From a virus, in the IMG/VR virus record IMGVR_UViG_3300025853_009406, positions 1-64,000 of that record: DNA of 64,000 nucleotides. One strand, given 5' to 3'. The position numbers and the translations under genes are program-made. Below are positions 48,404 through 59,328 of the stretch, in pieces (the first letter of the stretch is position 1; every line of letters begins with the position of its first letter). The notes under the pieces are model-generated. The model was given only the letters and a program-made list of their open reading frames with translations. It ran no database searches and was not told the DNA's origin.

Positions 48404-50173
48404 CTACTTGGTATTAGAATCCGACACCTTTCCAAGATATGGATCATAATCAGTAATCATGTTTACATCAATATCTGATCCGTTCGCTTTCCAGAAGTTT
48501 AAAACTCCTCGATAAGAAGCTTTATGGAATTTATCAACATGATCTGGGTGGATTGTCGATCCTAGGTCTGTTTTATAAAGTAAAAGTGGAGTGGCGTAAG
48601 TCGCACCAGAGTTGTAGATTAGATCATCTGCAACAGGTCTTGGTTTAACACCATTGTCAAGTTTATATTTAGCGCCTCTCACATGATTTTTTATGATTTT
48701 TTCTGCATGATGCCTTGTAATGACATAACATGCGGTTGAAAAATCATTAACAAACCTGTTATGTACGGGAACTACGATATTACCAGTACAAATAATAGCT
48801 AGTTGTAAAACATCCCAAGAGTAAGGTGCTTTAGCAATAAAGTCTTGCCAAGTAAAGTTCCAATAGAGAACAGTCTCTAAACTACAATCATCTTCCATGA
48901 TGACTGCATAAGGAGAATCTGATGTTTCATACCAATGTTTGATTGCTTTAATATGAGAAGTAACACATCCAATCTCACCTGATGACATCATCGGAGGATA
49001 AGTTCCTTTGATAATATCACTTAGATCATCTTCTCTACCATCGTATGCAGAGATACGCTCATAGTTTTCAATTTCCCAATACTTAAACTGATCTTCCATC
49101 CACTTACGACGCTCAGGTTGACCATCTAGATTTAGATAATAGATAGGACCAAAGTTTTTAAGTTTGTAAGCTGCTTTGTTTTTTTCTGAGAAATCAAAAT
49201 CCAACTCCATTTTTTCCTCTTCTTTAGGAACATAAGATTCAATAAGTTTTTCCATGAAGGGAATGTGATATTTCTCTAGAGTATTTTTCCACTCAAACTG
49301 TTTTGCATACTCTAGGATTTCTTGACGATTAGCGACTGAATACTCTCTGTTCTTGATGATTTCGGATTCAACATATTCAATGTCGTTGATTTTATCTTCA
49401 GGGATTACAGTAATAAATCCTCTATCAATATCAAGATTTGCTTTACCCCATTCGCTAACAACAACACCTAGTCCTGCAGCGAATGCTTCCATACACACTA
49501 ATGGATGAGCTTCTCCATCAGAAAGAAGAACTAGATTTCCATATTCAGTCAACTCATCATATAGAGTTTCTTTAGTCCATTCCCCAAGATAGTTTTTGTT
49601 AATATCAAACTTTTTATCATCAACAATACCAGCATAATAAAGAGAACTAATAGACTGGAATAGATGCTGTCGTTTCCGATAGTCTACCTTTGCGACATAA
49701 ATGCTTTTATCACTTTGTTTTGGTTCTTCAGTTACTCTAAAGTTTTTCGAGTTTACGCCATTAGGAGTAACGAATACTTGATCTTCTGGAATATTATTAT
49801 TGACGTATACTTCTTTAATGCCTTCAGAAAGAGCAAATACATTTGGTTTGTAAACCTTGAATGCATCTAGTACAGCTCGATAACCGCCAATCTTTTCTGG
49901 TTGCTCAAGATATGCATAATGTGTTGTAATCGCTGTCGGATATTTAAGATGGGGATATAGTCCGACCATATTGTCAAACTCGATATGAACAAAATCTGGA
50001 TTAAACTCATCAATCTGCTTAATCGCATCAGATCCATTTGTAGTATTGACAATCTGAACTTCATGTCCAAGTTCTTCATAGCAACACTTCATGTCCCAAA
50101 TAAGAATTTCTACAGCACCCCACCCTTTAGGTGGAATAGGCATCACGCCAGGACCTACGATTGATACTTTCAT
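48404..50173 (-). CDS. GT4-like + GT25-like glycosyltransferase fusion
   Basis: PIPPKGWGAVE, EAHPLVCMEA; YYLNLD..ERR, GEIGCVTSH, MEDD. Confidence 0.82.
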   Translation of the reverse strand: MKVSIVGPGVMPIPPKGWGAVEILIWDMKCCYEELGHEVQIVNTTNGSDAIKQIDEFNPDFVHIEFDNMVGLYPHLKYPTAITTHYAYLEQPEKIGGYRAVLDAFKVYKPNVFALSEGIKEVYVNNNIPEDQVFVTPNGVNSKNFRVTEEPKQSDKSIYVAKVDYRKRQHLFQSISSLYYAGIVDDKKFDINKNYLGEWTKETLYDELTEYGNLVLLSDGEAHPLVCMEAFAAGLGVVVSEWGKANLDIDRGFITVIPEDKINDIEYVESEIIKNREYSVANRQEILEYAKQFEWKNTLEKYHIPFMEKLIESYVPKEEEKMELDFDFSEKNKAAYKLKNFGPIYYLNLDGQPERRKWMEDQFKYWEIENYERISAYDGREDDLSDIIKGTYPPMMSSGEIGCVTSHIKAIKHWYETSDSPYAVIMEDDCSLETVLYWNFTWQDFIAKAPYSWDVLQLAIICTGNIVVPVHNRFVNDFSTACYVITRHHAEKIIKNHVRGAKYKLDNGVKPRPVADDLIYNSGATYATPLLLYKTDLGSTIHPDHVDKFHKASYRGVLNFWKANGSDIDVNMITDYDPYLGKVSDSNTK

Positions 50174-50292
50174 TCTACTTCTCCCATGTCATAGTCACAC
50201 ATTTCCTTTACAAGATCTTCAAAAGAATATTTTGGATCCCAGTTTAGAGTTTTTTTGGCAAAACTGGGATCTCCAACAAGAGTATTTATCTC
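50170..50292 (-). pseudogene. 3' remnant of a second GDP-mannose 4,6-dehydratase-like gene
   Basis: EINTLVGDPSFAKKTLNWDPKYSFEDLVKEMC aligns with gmd C-terminus [32 protein letters not shown]; in-frame TAA immediately upstream, no start codon. Confidence 0.75.
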
Positions 50293-51098
50293 TTAGATAA
50301 CTCCTGAATAAACTCGTAGTCTCTATGCTTTCCAGCATGATTTTCAAAGGCAATAAACATATCTGGATTATTTTTATAAACATATGCCATAGCACTTTGC
50401 TCATTGTTGATTAGATTGTTAGCGATCATTTTGTTTTGAAGGACATCATCTACAAGATCACAGAACTTACTCATGACTTCTGCTCCTCCACACCAAAGAC
50501 CTCCCATTACCCACGTTCTACCATCCCACAAATCTTCTAAGGTATATGATTTAGCATTAACCAAATCTCCATAGTAAGACATGAAGGTTTGTATTATAAC
50601 ATGGTCTTTGCAATCTAGCAATGTTTCCATGGCAGTCTGTGATGGATACTCCAAATCCATGCCAAAGAAAAATCTAGATAGACCAGCATCCATCCACATA
50701 AAAAGTTCAGTATTAAAGGGATTGTCGGAAATAATCCGATTTACCCATCGAAACTTAGAATAGATAACTGAGTTATAAAGAGCTAGTTTACATTCTACTC
50801 TGTTGGGAGCTTGAACTTTTTCCTTAAAGTTATCAGAGTTTAAAATACCATCAATCTTCTCAGTTAAATGATAGTAAGGAATATCTTCCAATGCTTGGGT
50901 GATTATCTTTGTAGGCAACCCTTCCCTACATTTTTCTACAAATGAAACAAGAGACTCTTCTACAAAGATTACCATCGGTCTGGTAACTTTTAGAGTTTCT
51001 TCAAACCAAGAAAGATATTCTTGAAACTTTCTACCATCTCCATCTTGTTCTCTATTGATATCATAAAGAGCAGTTACTATTGTGATAGAATCAGACAT
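50286..51098 (-). CDS. HtrL/YibB-like glycosyltransferase
   Basis: TIVTALYDI, YNSVIYSKF, WMDAG, GGLWCG, NNEQ. Confidence 0.7.
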   Translation of the reverse strand: MSDSITIVTALYDINREQDGDGRKFQEYLSWFEETLKVTRPMVIFVEESLVSFVEKCREGLPTKIITQALEDIPYYHLTEKIDGILNSDNFKEKVQAPNRVECKLALYNSVIYSKFRWVNRIISDNPFNTELFMWMDAGLSRFFFGMDLEYPSQTAMETLLDCKDHVIIQTFMSYYGDLVNAKSYTLEDLWDGRTWVMGGLWCGGAEVMSKFCDLVDDVLQNKMIANNLINNEQSAMAYVYKNNPDMFIAFENHAGKHRDYEFIQELSKR

Positions 51099-51807
51099 GA
51101 TATTTTGAATTATTTTTACTTAAATGAACAATCTTAGGTTCAAAATCACAGTATTGACCGAACATTTCTGGGTATGCAAACTGTGGTCCTAAGACATTTG
51201 TATTATCTCGGTTTTCTATAAGAAACTTATTAAGGTGACTTTCATCATGCCACTGAGCAATTACATCATTATCTAAATCTATTTGAACTCGACGATCGAG
51301 TTCACAAATAAGATTCATAATCTTTGAAGACTTTCCTCCCCATAAGCATCCTTGGAAATACACAGATAAATCATCATCCTCTGAAATGGCAGATGTAGAT
51401 TTTTTATTCGTCTCAAACGCACCAAACTTCTGATTATGTGGGGGCATCTTAAGAAAATGGCAAGGATGATGAACACCAAAGAAATCTTTAGTATCATCAA
51501 AGAACTCTTCTTCAGTTACAGTATCTACAACTAAAGCATCCGCATCAATAAAAACAAACCAATCTGTTTCTGAGATTACATCTTTTGCTTTTTGAATAAT
51601 CTCAAATCTTTTTAGTGTGATATAAGGCCATTCAATATGCTCATAGTCATAGGTATTAATATCTTCAGGAAAATCTCCATCACCATCAGTAAAAACTAAA
51701 AACTGTTTTTCGGTATTAGGCAAAAAATATTCATGAATATTTTCATAGTATCTGGGAAGAAAGTTTAAATACTTTCCTGTTCCAATAAAACAAATAGCAA
51801 CTTTCAT
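51091..51807 (-). CDS. GT6-family glycosyltransferase
   Basis: IGTGKY, FTD, WPYITLKRF, DAD, WHDESHLNK. Confidence 0.88.
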   Translation of the reverse strand: MKVAICFIGTGKYLNFLPRYYENIHEYFLPNTEKQFLVFTDGDGDFPEDINTYDYEHIEWPYITLKRFEIIQKAKDVISETDWFVFIDADALVVDTVTEEEFFDDTKDFFGVHHPCHFLKMPPHNQKFGAFETNKKSTSAISEDDDLSVYFQGCLWGGKSSKIMNLICELDRRVQIDLDNDVIAQWHDESHLNKFLIENRDNTNVLGPQFAYPEMFGQYCDFEPKIVHLSKNNSKYHV

Positions 51808-52433
51808 CGTTTTAAAAAATCATAGTTTACATGTTTACCTGCAATGTCAGAGAAGTCACTTCTTTGCCATGCCAAATGAGGTCTGAAAATATAAGTCCTT
51901 AAGTAAGATTGCAGTTTTGTATATATTACATCTAATGGTCCTTCCATCTTAGACACAAAATCAATAAGCAGATCATAGCAACTACTGTTTATTGCATATG
52001 CATGAGTAGCGTGAGCATTATAAACTTTATATACATGATCCGTTACTTTGATTGGCGGTCTATTCATGTATGGATAGCATAATGCATGAGTAGCACCAAG
52101 ATATAAAATATCCCATTCAGGAACTTCTTTTATATACTCTGAGAAAAGTTTATCAAAGTTTGAACAAAACTCAACATCATCTTCTAAGATCAAAACATTT
52201 GACACATTATCTTCTTTACACTTTTTTAAAATGTTTAAATGTGAAAGAAGACACCCTACTTCTCCATGACTCATTTTTCCAACACGATCATGTTTAGTGC
52301 CATCTACGGCTTCATACCTTTCAACATTAATATTATATTGAGAGAATACTTCTTTACAAATATCCCATCGTTCTGGTCTTCGTTCTAGATTGACACAATA
52401 GATTTTTTCAAAGCAGTCATTAAGAGTTTTCAT
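51804..52433 (-). CDS. GT25-family glycosyltransferase
   Basis: CVNLERRPERW, EAVDG, GCLLSH, LILEDD. Confidence 0.9.
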   Translation of the reverse strand: MKTLNDCFEKIYCVNLERRPERWDICKEVFSQYNINVERYEAVDGTKHDRVGKMSHGEVGCLLSHLNILKKCKEDNVSNVLILEDDVEFCSNFDKLFSEYIKEVPEWDILYLGATHALCYPYMNRPPIKVTDHVYKVYNAHATHAYAINSSCYDLLIDFVSKMEGPLDVIYTKLQSYLRTYIFRPHLAWQRSDFSDIAGKHVNYDFLKR

Positions 52434-53076
52434 CGTATCTTGTTAAATATTTTCTAAAAATAGAAGATCCTGCATTAAATTTTACTGCTTGAGTAAACAA
52501 ATCTTTTTGCCCACGATCATGGGCACTAATGTTATTATAGATTCTAATATATCCCTTCTTTGATTTGCTGTTTAACTCTTCAATATTATCCAAGTATCTT
52601 TGCCAATTTGGACGCTCTACAATATCATTACTGTCTAGTATTTTTTTAATACAGTCTGGTTGCAACTCAAGATTAATCAGATCTTCATAGTAAATAAAAG
52701 TTGCTTGATTTTTGCTCCAGTCATAATAACGAAGAAGATTGCAATAATCTTTTATTTGATCATTTAAAGATCTAGATGATCCTCTCTTTGAATGAGAAAC
52801 AATAGCATCATAATAATCTCTAATAATAAGAGTTACTTTTGAATCTTTGATAAGTTCTTTTTCATTGAGTGTTGGATCTACCAAATGAAACTTCCTAAGA
52901 ATCGGAGGATTCTTAGGTTTAACTTCTAGGTTTCCACCAACCAGATAGTCGATTGCACTATCTGGAATGTCTTCATTAAAATCAACAACAACCCTTTCGG
53001 TAATGTATTCAATCAAAAACCTCAATAAAGTATTACCACTTCTAGGGTAAGATATTAAACAGTTTGGTTCACTCAT
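52420..53076 (-). CDS. Sulfotransferase-like protein
   Basis: 5'-PSB motif SYPRSGNTLLR; 3'-PB motif IRDYYDAIVS; YEDL. Confidence 0.75.
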   Translation of the reverse strand: MSEPNCLISYPRSGNTLLRFLIEYITERVVVDFNEDIPDSAIDYLVGGNLEVKPKNPPILRKFHLVDPTLNEKELIKDSKVTLIIRDYYDAIVSHSKRGSSRSLNDQIKDYCNLLRYYDWSKNQATFIYYEDLINLELQPDCIKKILDSNDIVERPNWQRYLDNIEELNSKSKKGYIRIYNNISAHDRGQKDLFTQAVKFNAGSSIFRKYLTRYDENS

Positions 53077-53861
53077 AACACAATCCAATCACTACAATAT
53101 ATATCCTTAGTTTCAAGGTGTGCATTATTTGGACCAAACCATTCCTTAGGAGCAACAATAGTTTTTGCCTCCGATATATAAGCTCCCCACCAACTAAAAG
53201 TACTACTAGCAGTAATGATATATTGACACTTTGTCATCAGACATAGGTCAAGATATGCATCATCAGTTTCAGAAACTAAGAACCTATCAGAAGAAAAAAT
53301 AGATTGCTTTTTGCACCATGCAGGATCATCAGAAAAGATTAGAACCTCACAATCTCCAGGAATCTGATTCAAAGCTAGTTGAAAATAGTTTTCATTCTGA
53401 GAGTTATGACTCGGATTATTTACATAATCAGTTCTTCTAATGTGAATAGCGGCAACGTTTTCACTAAAAGAATCTCTTACTTCAGTTGCAACAGATTCAT
53501 ATTCCGATTTAAATTTAAAATCTTTTTTGATTTCATCTTTAATATGATCAAACCATTTAGCACTTTGAAAGAAACCAAATAAGTTTACGTTTCCTTCTGG
53601 TAGATTTTCAAATAACTCTGGATCAAATCCAAACCCTTTCTCCTGAACAGTAGGAAAATCAGAGATACCACGTTGGCAAACAATGTCAAAGCAATCGTCA
53701 ATATTACTTCTAAGTTTTGTATAATAATGTTTACCAAATACCTCAGTTGGAGGAATCATAAAATCCTTACCATGCTTTACAGCAATACCTTTAGTAGCTG
53801 CGTACTGGAACATTTGATTTCCCAAATGTCCATTATTACCAAGATGATTAAACGATATCAT
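53073..53861 (-). CDS. Alpha-1,2-fucosyltransferase-like (GT11)
   Basis: GHLGNQMFQYA, HIRRTDY, STFSWWGAY. Confidence 0.9.
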   Translation of the reverse strand: MISFNHLGNNGHLGNQMFQYAATKGIAVKHGKDFMIPPTEVFGKHYYTKLRSNIDDCFDIVCQRGISDFPTVQEKGFGFDPELFENLPEGNVNLFGFFQSAKWFDHIKDEIKKDFKFKSEYESVATEVRDSFSENVAAIHIRRTDYVNNPSHNSQNENYFQLALNQIPGDCEVLIFSDDPAWCKKQSIFSSDRFLVSETDDAYLDLCLMTKCQYIITASSTFSWWGAYISEAKTIVAPKEWFGPNNAHLETKDIYCSDWIVL

Positions 53862-54657
53862 AGTTTTCTAAAATAAAATCTTCTAGCACTCCAATCTTTT
53901 TAACACGCTCTAGATTATCTTCTATAGCATCCATTTTATCATAATAGATTTCTTCAGAAACTTCAAACTCCTCAGTGAGTTCAATAATACCTTCTGCATT
54001 AAAATACTCACTGATAGAAGGAGATCCCATATAGACTGGAATAGTTCCAGTTGCAAAACAATCTAAAATCTTTTCAGTATGATAGGAATCGTAGAATCCA
54101 TTCTCAATCGCCACTGAAAACATATAATCACAAAGTCCTTCTTCTTTCAAAGGGATTTCATTAAATCCTCTACCAAAAAGATCCACTTGATCACCAATCA
54201 TATCAACCCATTTTAGTCTGAGTTTATGTCCTGGTGTACTATTTTTATTTGATGTAATAAAAGATAGCATCTTTGTTTTTGGATATACTTGTGGATCTTT
54301 AATCCAAGTTCCATTTGGAGGACACCATTTAAATCTCTCATCAAGATCCAATAGTTCTTTATTGTGAGTGAAAATATATCTAAAAACTTCTAGATATTCT
54401 TTATAATCTCTTTTTACATCATTAACAATATCTGGAGTAACATACTTTGACTCTAGCAACCACCCATATTTAATACCTTTTACATTATCAGAGAATGCTT
54501 GTGTCATGCTCCGATCAACATAAAATGAAATCCCATTGCTATCATCAAAAACCCACTCTACAGTTTTTGCTTCTTTCCCATGAACAGAGTATCCTTTATT
54601 TCCATGAGTGAGATGGGTAAAAGAATCTCCAACCAAATTTAACTTAGTTTTACTCAT
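53848..54657 (-). CDS. GT10-like (alpha-1,3-fucosyltransferase-like) protein
   Basis: YMFSVAIEN...Y.TEKILDCFATGTIPVYMG. Confidence 0.75.
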   Translation of the reverse strand: MSKTKLNLVGDSFTHLTHGNKGYSVHGKEAKTVEWVFDDSNGISFYVDRSMTQAFSDNVKGIKYGWLLESKYVTPDIVNDVKRDYKEYLEVFRYIFTHNKELLDLDERFKWCPPNGTWIKDPQVYPKTKMLSFITSNKNSTPGHKLRLKWVDMIGDQVDLFGRGFNEIPLKEEGLCDYMFSVAIENGFYDSYHTEKILDCFATGTIPVYMGSPSISEYFNAEGIIELTEEFEVSEEIYYDKMDAIEDNLERVKKIGVLEDFILENYDIV

Positions 54658-55003
54658 CAAATACACCCTTGTAAAGTTTAACACTATCTTCCCTGATAGG
54701 AGTTCCATTAACAATGGAATCTTCAACTAGAAGATTAATAGCTTGGACCAGTTTAGGTCTTTTTACTTTGAAGCAGATATCGATCTTTTTCTTTAGTTGA
54801 GCAATCTCTTCATCAGTTGTTGCTTCCTGAATGGCATCTTCTAACATCCAAGTTCTAATATGAAGAATAGCAAGTTTCTCCACAACTTCCCCAAGATTAT
54901 CTGTTGCAATATACTCAACATCAGGGATCTCTCTCTTGGAAAGAAATGTTTTAATAGTTTCTTGAAGACAATCTTCTAAAAGTGTTCCGAATGTAGTAAT
55001 CAT
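54650..55003 (-). CDS. Helical hypothetical protein (DUF4254-like)
   Basis: LGEVVEKLAILHIRTWMLED...KID. Confidence 0.6.
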   Translation of the reverse strand: MITTFGTLLEDCLQETIKTFLSKREIPDVEYIATDNLGEVVEKLAILHIRTWMLEDAIQEATTDEEIAQLKKKIDICFKVKRPKLVQAINLLVEDSIVNGTPIREDSVKLYKGVFDE

Positions 55004-55004
55004 T

Positions 55005-55871
55005 TTAGTACATAATAGGTTTTTTGATTTCAGTTTCAATCAAATCATATACAACATTTAAGTTGTGTTGATCTGTATTAACTTGCTTTGCTACTGAGTT
55101 GTCATACCAAATGCCTTCACTAGGATACTTAGAAAAACTAATATAAGTTTTTGTCTTATCCAAAAGATTTTTTTTAGTATGTGTGTAGCAATATGGACCA
55201 GATGCCCTTCCAATTATTATATCACATGATATTGAAATATATGATATTAGGAGAAGGTCGCAATCGATATTACCAGTTATCTGAGGAACTCTGATAATGC
55301 TTTCATGATTTATCTTTGTTTTATTAGTCATCAAGAAAGCAACCTTAGGATATTCTTTAGCAAGGCGCTCTATAACTGGATCAAAATCAAAGTTTTTAAT
55401 CTGACCAGACATGCAATCATTATTACATACCAAAACTATTTTGTCATAACAGGCTCTTATTGTACACAAATCATTGATTACATTATCTGGAACATATGGA
55501 TCCATATCAAAGAACTTTACTGTAGGCAAAAGATCTTCTTCATGATCATATTTAATGCCATAGTATTGAAAGATTTCATCTGCTAGAGGAACATATCCCC
55601 TAAAAGAACATGCATCTTTTTTAACAAACTTTGCTTTTTCTTTCCCAATCCAAGTGTTGATAAGATTTTCCTTATAGTTGTTTGCACCTCTTGGGATATG
55701 AATATTTGGGTTTGTGGGACCAGCATACAATCCTGGATAATCATTTAGAATTTTAGGATTCATTCTATGATAATACTTTACATCAAAATCATTTTTTAAA
55801 AACTGATCGATGATTATCCTAGAATAAAAAACATCACCATTATGAAAATCATTATAAAGTTTAATAGTCAT
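55005..55871 (-). CDS. Hypothetical protein, possibly GT-B glycosyltransferase
   Basis: HNGDVF, SGQ, CDIIIGRASGP. Confidence 0.55.
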   Translation of the reverse strand: MTIKLYNDFHNGDVFYSRIIIDQFLKNDFDVKYYHRMNPKILNDYPGLYAGPTNPNIHIPRGANNYKENLINTWIGKEKAKFVKKDACSFRGYVPLADEIFQYYGIKYDHEEDLLPTVKFFDMDPYVPDNVINDLCTIRACYDKIVLVCNNDCMSGQIKNFDFDPVIERLAKEYPKVAFLMTNKTKINHESIIRVPQITGNIDCDLLLISYISISCDIIIGRASGPYCYTHTKKNLLDKTKTYISFSKYPSEGIWYDNSVAKQVNTDQHNLNVVYDLIETEIKKPIMY

Positions 55872-57028
55872 AATACTTCTAAAATATCAGATAAAAGTTG
55901 TAGATGATCTGGACCAACAAACTGACTGTTACCAATATAAATCCCATTTTCATGAATAAGATCTACATTTAAAGTACCTTCTTTGTTACTGCAGATTTCA
56001 TAGTTTAAGTATGGTTGTCGTAACAAGTTTCCACCAACAACTGGTCGATATTCAACTCCACGGTCAATAAGAAGATCAATAAGACGCTTCTTAACTTCAA
56101 CCGTTTTACAGATTAATGGAAAGCAAAAAGAACTATTTCCAAGGTTATGTGCAATGGGGTAAAGTTTAGAGCAGTTGTTTACAATATCAACATACTCATC
56201 ATAGTTTTCTCTCCTAATATCAATAATTGTATCAAGACGTTTTAGTTGAGAAGATCCAAGCACGGCACCTAACTCAGTATTCCTAAAGTTATACCCATCA
56301 GTTACAAACAAAAAAGACTTTTCAATCTCTGGGTTTTGTTTAGAATAATAGTCAAAATGATCAGATGCTCTAGCAAGACCATGCGTTCTTTTCATCTTCA
56401 TCAGATCATATAGCTCACTATTGTTAGTAGAAATCATTCCACCTTCAATGGTTGACATATGGTGTCCAAAGTAAAAACTGAACGTAGATCCTAGACTATT
56501 AGAACCAACTTTTTCTCCAAGTAGTTCACATCCATGAGATTCGCATACATCATCTAAAAAGATGGCGTCTGGAAAATAGGACTTATATACAGGAACATTG
56601 GCAGGAATACCAAGCAAGTGTGTTACAAAAACTAACTTAATATCTGGATGTTGTTCTTTAACATACTGCAAGGATTCTAAATCAAATCCATAATCTTCCA
56701 AACTAACGTCACAAAAAATAGGAGTAAGTCCAAGTTGAAAGATGGGATTAATATTTGTCACCCATGTACATGCTGGTAGCAAAACTTTATCTCCTCTCTT
56801 GAGTCCATAAAGTTCCATAACTGCAGCAATAAGAAGAAAGTTTGCCGTACTGCCAGAGGTTACATAAAGAGAATGTTTACAACCTAACCAGTTAGACCAC
56901 TCATCCTCAAACTTTTTTACTCTTTCTCCTTGAGTAAATCTATCTGACGTAAGAATAAACTTTGCTAATTTTAATCTGTCCATAAAAGACAGAGTATTTT
57001 TCATCAATGGCCAGTTATACCCTTTCAT
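55868..57028 (-). CDS. DegT/DnrJ-family PLP enzyme with His in place of the catalytic Lys (ColD-like 3-dehydratase)
   Basis: SGSTAN, DDVCESHG, FSFYFGHHMSTIEGG, GYNFR. Confidence 0.8.
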   Translation of the reverse strand: MKGYNWPLMKNTLSFMDRLKLAKFILTSDRFTQGERVKKFEDEWSNWLGCKHSLYVTSGSTANFLLIAAVMELYGLKRGDKVLLPACTWVTNINPIFQLGLTPIFCDVSLEDYGFDLESLQYVKEQHPDIKLVFVTHLLGIPANVPVYKSYFPDAIFLDDVCESHGCELLGEKVGSNSLGSTFSFYFGHHMSTIEGGMISTNNSELYDLMKMKRTHGLARASDHFDYYSKQNPEIEKSFLFVTDGYNFRNTELGAVLGSSQLKRLDTIIDIRRENYDEYVDIVNNCSKLYPIAHNLGNSSFCFPLICKTVEVKKRLIDLLIDRGVEYRPVVGGNLLRQPYLNYEICSNKEGTLNVDLIHENGIYIGNSQFVGPDHLQLLSDILEVL

Positions 57029-57959
57029 ATGTGCTCCTATTCTTCAAGAACCAATCAATAGTAATCTTAAGACCATCTTCTAAATTTGTTTTAGCAGACC
57101 AGTTTAATGATTTCATTTTAGAAGTATCCAACGCTCTCCTCGGAGTTCCGTTGGGTTTTGACGTATCCCATGAGATAAGTCCTTCATAACCAACATACTT
57201 TGCAACGATTTCTGATAACTCCCTGATACTAACTTCCCGATCTGGTCCAATATTTATAATCTCTGGATCATCATAGTTATTCATCAAAAAGATAAGACCA
57301 TCTGCTAAATCATCAGAGAATAAAAACTCTCTAGTAGGACTACCATCACCAAAACAAGTTACAATAAGACTATTATTATCTTTTGCAGTGATAAACTTAT
57401 TAATAAAACTTGGAATAACATGACACTTTTCGATATTGAAGTTGTCATTGATTCCATATAGATTGTTTGGCATTACAGAAATAGTATCAAAACCATATTG
57501 CTCTGAATACTTTTTACACATAATGTAACCAGAGATTTTTGCCAGTGAATATGCAATGTTAGTCTCCTCTAAAGGAGAAGTCATTAAATATTCTTCTTTG
57601 ATTGGTACTGGAGCATGTTTAGGATAGATACATGCTGATCCAAGAAATGCAAGTTTTTTAGCTGCGTTTTGATATGCTGCATCTATAACATTTGTTTGGA
57701 TCTGTAGATTATCTCTAATAAAATCGGCAGGGATTGCTTTGTTATAACTAATACCACCTACTCTTGCAGCAGAAAGAAACACATACTCAGGTTTATGATA
57801 TTCAAAAAAGTCTTCTACATCAACTTGACGAGTAAGATCTACTTTTGATTTATCTGCTGTAATAATATTGGAATATCCTTGGTTTGTAAGTTGCCTGATT
57901 AGAGCAGATCCTACTAGACCTTTATGTCCTGCAACATAAATTTTCGAATCATGATTCAT
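57015..57959 (-). CDS. fcl: GDP-L-fucose synthase (or ColC-like epimerase-reductase)
   Basis: [46 protein letters not shown]. Confidence 0.93.
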   Translation of the reverse strand: MNHDSKIYVAGHKGLVGSALIRQLTNQGYSNIITADKSKVDLTRQVDVEDFFEYHKPEYVFLSAARVGGISYNKAIPADFIRDNLQIQTNVIDAAYQNAAKKLAFLGSACIYPKHAPVPIKEEYLMTSPLEETNIAYSLAKISGYIMCKKYSEQYGFDTISVMPNNLYGINDNFNIEKCHVIPSFINKFITAKDNNSLIVTCFGDGSPTREFLFSDDLADGLIFLMNNYDDPEIINIGPDREVSIRELSEIVAKYVGYEGLISWDTSKPNGTPRRALDTSKMKSLNWSAKTNLEDGLKITIDWFLKNRSTYERV

Positions 57960-58950
57960 TTTGACACATCTCCATAACTAGATCACAAAAAGATACAGTT
58001 GGTTCCCAACCAAGTTGTTCTTTTGCTTTTGTTGGATCTCCCAAAAGAGTTTTTACTTCTGCTGGTCGATAATATTTTGGATTAACTGTAACAATGGTTT
58101 TTTTAGTCTTTTGATCCATACCAATCTCATCTTCACCACTACCATGCCACTCAATATCCATTCCAAAATAAGGAGCTGCTTTTTCTACAAACTCTCGAAC
58201 AGAATGCTGAACACCAGTAGCAATGACATAATCTTCAGGAGTTTCTTGCTGGAGCATCATCCACATTGCTTTACAATAGTCTCTGGCATGTCCCCAATCC
58301 CTCTTTGCATCTAGATTTCCAAGTTGCAGAAGAGTTTGCTTCCCTTCAGAGATTGCTTTTAGTCCTCGTACAATTTTACGAGTTACAAATGTCTCACCGC
58401 GTCGTGGAGATTCGTGATTAAAAAGAATACCACTACAGGCATACATTCCATATGACTCACGATAGTTCTTTACAATCCAATATCCATACAGTTTTGCAAC
58501 ACCATATGGAGAACGTGGATAAAAAGGTGTCGTTTCTGTTTGAGGAATCTCTTGCACCTTTCCATAGAGTTCGCTAGTAGATGCTTGGTAAATACGAATC
58601 TTATCTTCCATACCCAGAAGACGAACTGCCTCAAGGACTCTAAGAGTGCCCAGTCCATCAGTCTGTCCTGTGTACTCAGGCATCTCAAACGATACCTTGA
58701 CGTGACTCTGAGCGCCAAGATTATAGATTTCGTCTGGTTGAACTTGCTGAATAACCCCTACTAGGTTAGTAGAATCAGTCAAATCTCCATAATGAAGATT
58801 AAGTTTATCGTAAATATGATCAATACGATGTGTGTTGATCAAAGAAGCACGACGAACAATACCATGAACTTCATAACCTTTTTCAAGGAGAAGTTCTGCG
58901 AGGTATGAACCGTCTTGTCCCGTAATACCAGTGATTAAAGCTTTTTTCAT
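57949..58950 (-). CDS. gmd: GDP-mannose 4,6-dehydratase
   Basis: [52 protein letters not shown]. Confidence 0.97.
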   Translation of the reverse strand: MKKALITGITGQDGSYLAELLLEKGYEVHGIVRRASLINTHRIDHIYDKLNLHYGDLTDSTNLVGVIQQVQPDEIYNLGAQSHVKVSFEMPEYTGQTDGLGTLRVLEAVRLLGMEDKIRIYQASTSELYGKVQEIPQTETTPFYPRSPYGVAKLYGYWIVKNYRESYGMYACSGILFNHESPRRGETFVTRKIVRGLKAISEGKQTLLQLGNLDAKRDWGHARDYCKAMWMMLQQETPEDYVIATGVQHSVREFVEKAAPYFGMDIEWHGSGEDEIGMDQKTKKTIVTVNPKYYRPAEVKTLLGDPTKAKEQLGWEPTVSFCDLVMEMCQNES

Positions 58951-58953
58951 AAA

Positions 58954-59295
58954 TCAAACTCTTCCAAAATCATCTTCAAGTCTAACAATGTCATCCTCAT
59001 CGCAAGGATCACCAATCTGAACTTCAATAAGGGTTATTCCTGTTTCGCCTCCCGTAACTCTATGCACAGTAGTTCTTGGTACAAAAATAAAGTCTCCAAC
59101 TTTTACATCTCTTTCAGACTCACCCACAATAACTTTAGCATCTCCTTGAACAACTGTCCAGTATTCGTTTCTTAAGTTATGATACTGGAGAGAAAAACTT
59201 TTTCCAGGATCGACATAAAGTCTTTTACATTTATAGTTGGAGGTTTCGGAAAAAACTTCCTCATACCACCCCCAAGGTTTTTCAACTCTTTCCAT
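58954..59295 (-). CDS. Mannose-6-phosphate isomerase type II cupin domain
   Basis: KPWGWY, SLQYHNLRNEYW, HRV, IEVQ.G..EDDIVRLEDDFGR. Confidence 0.88.
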   Translation of the reverse strand: MERVEKPWGWYEEVFSETSNYKCKRLYVDPGKSFSLQYHNLRNEYWTVVQGDAKVIVGESERDVKVGDFIFVPRTTVHRVTGGETGITLIEVQIGDPCDEDDIVRLEDDFGRV

Positions 59296-59328
59296 GTACA
59301 TAAACATAGTGACTATGATATGTATACA

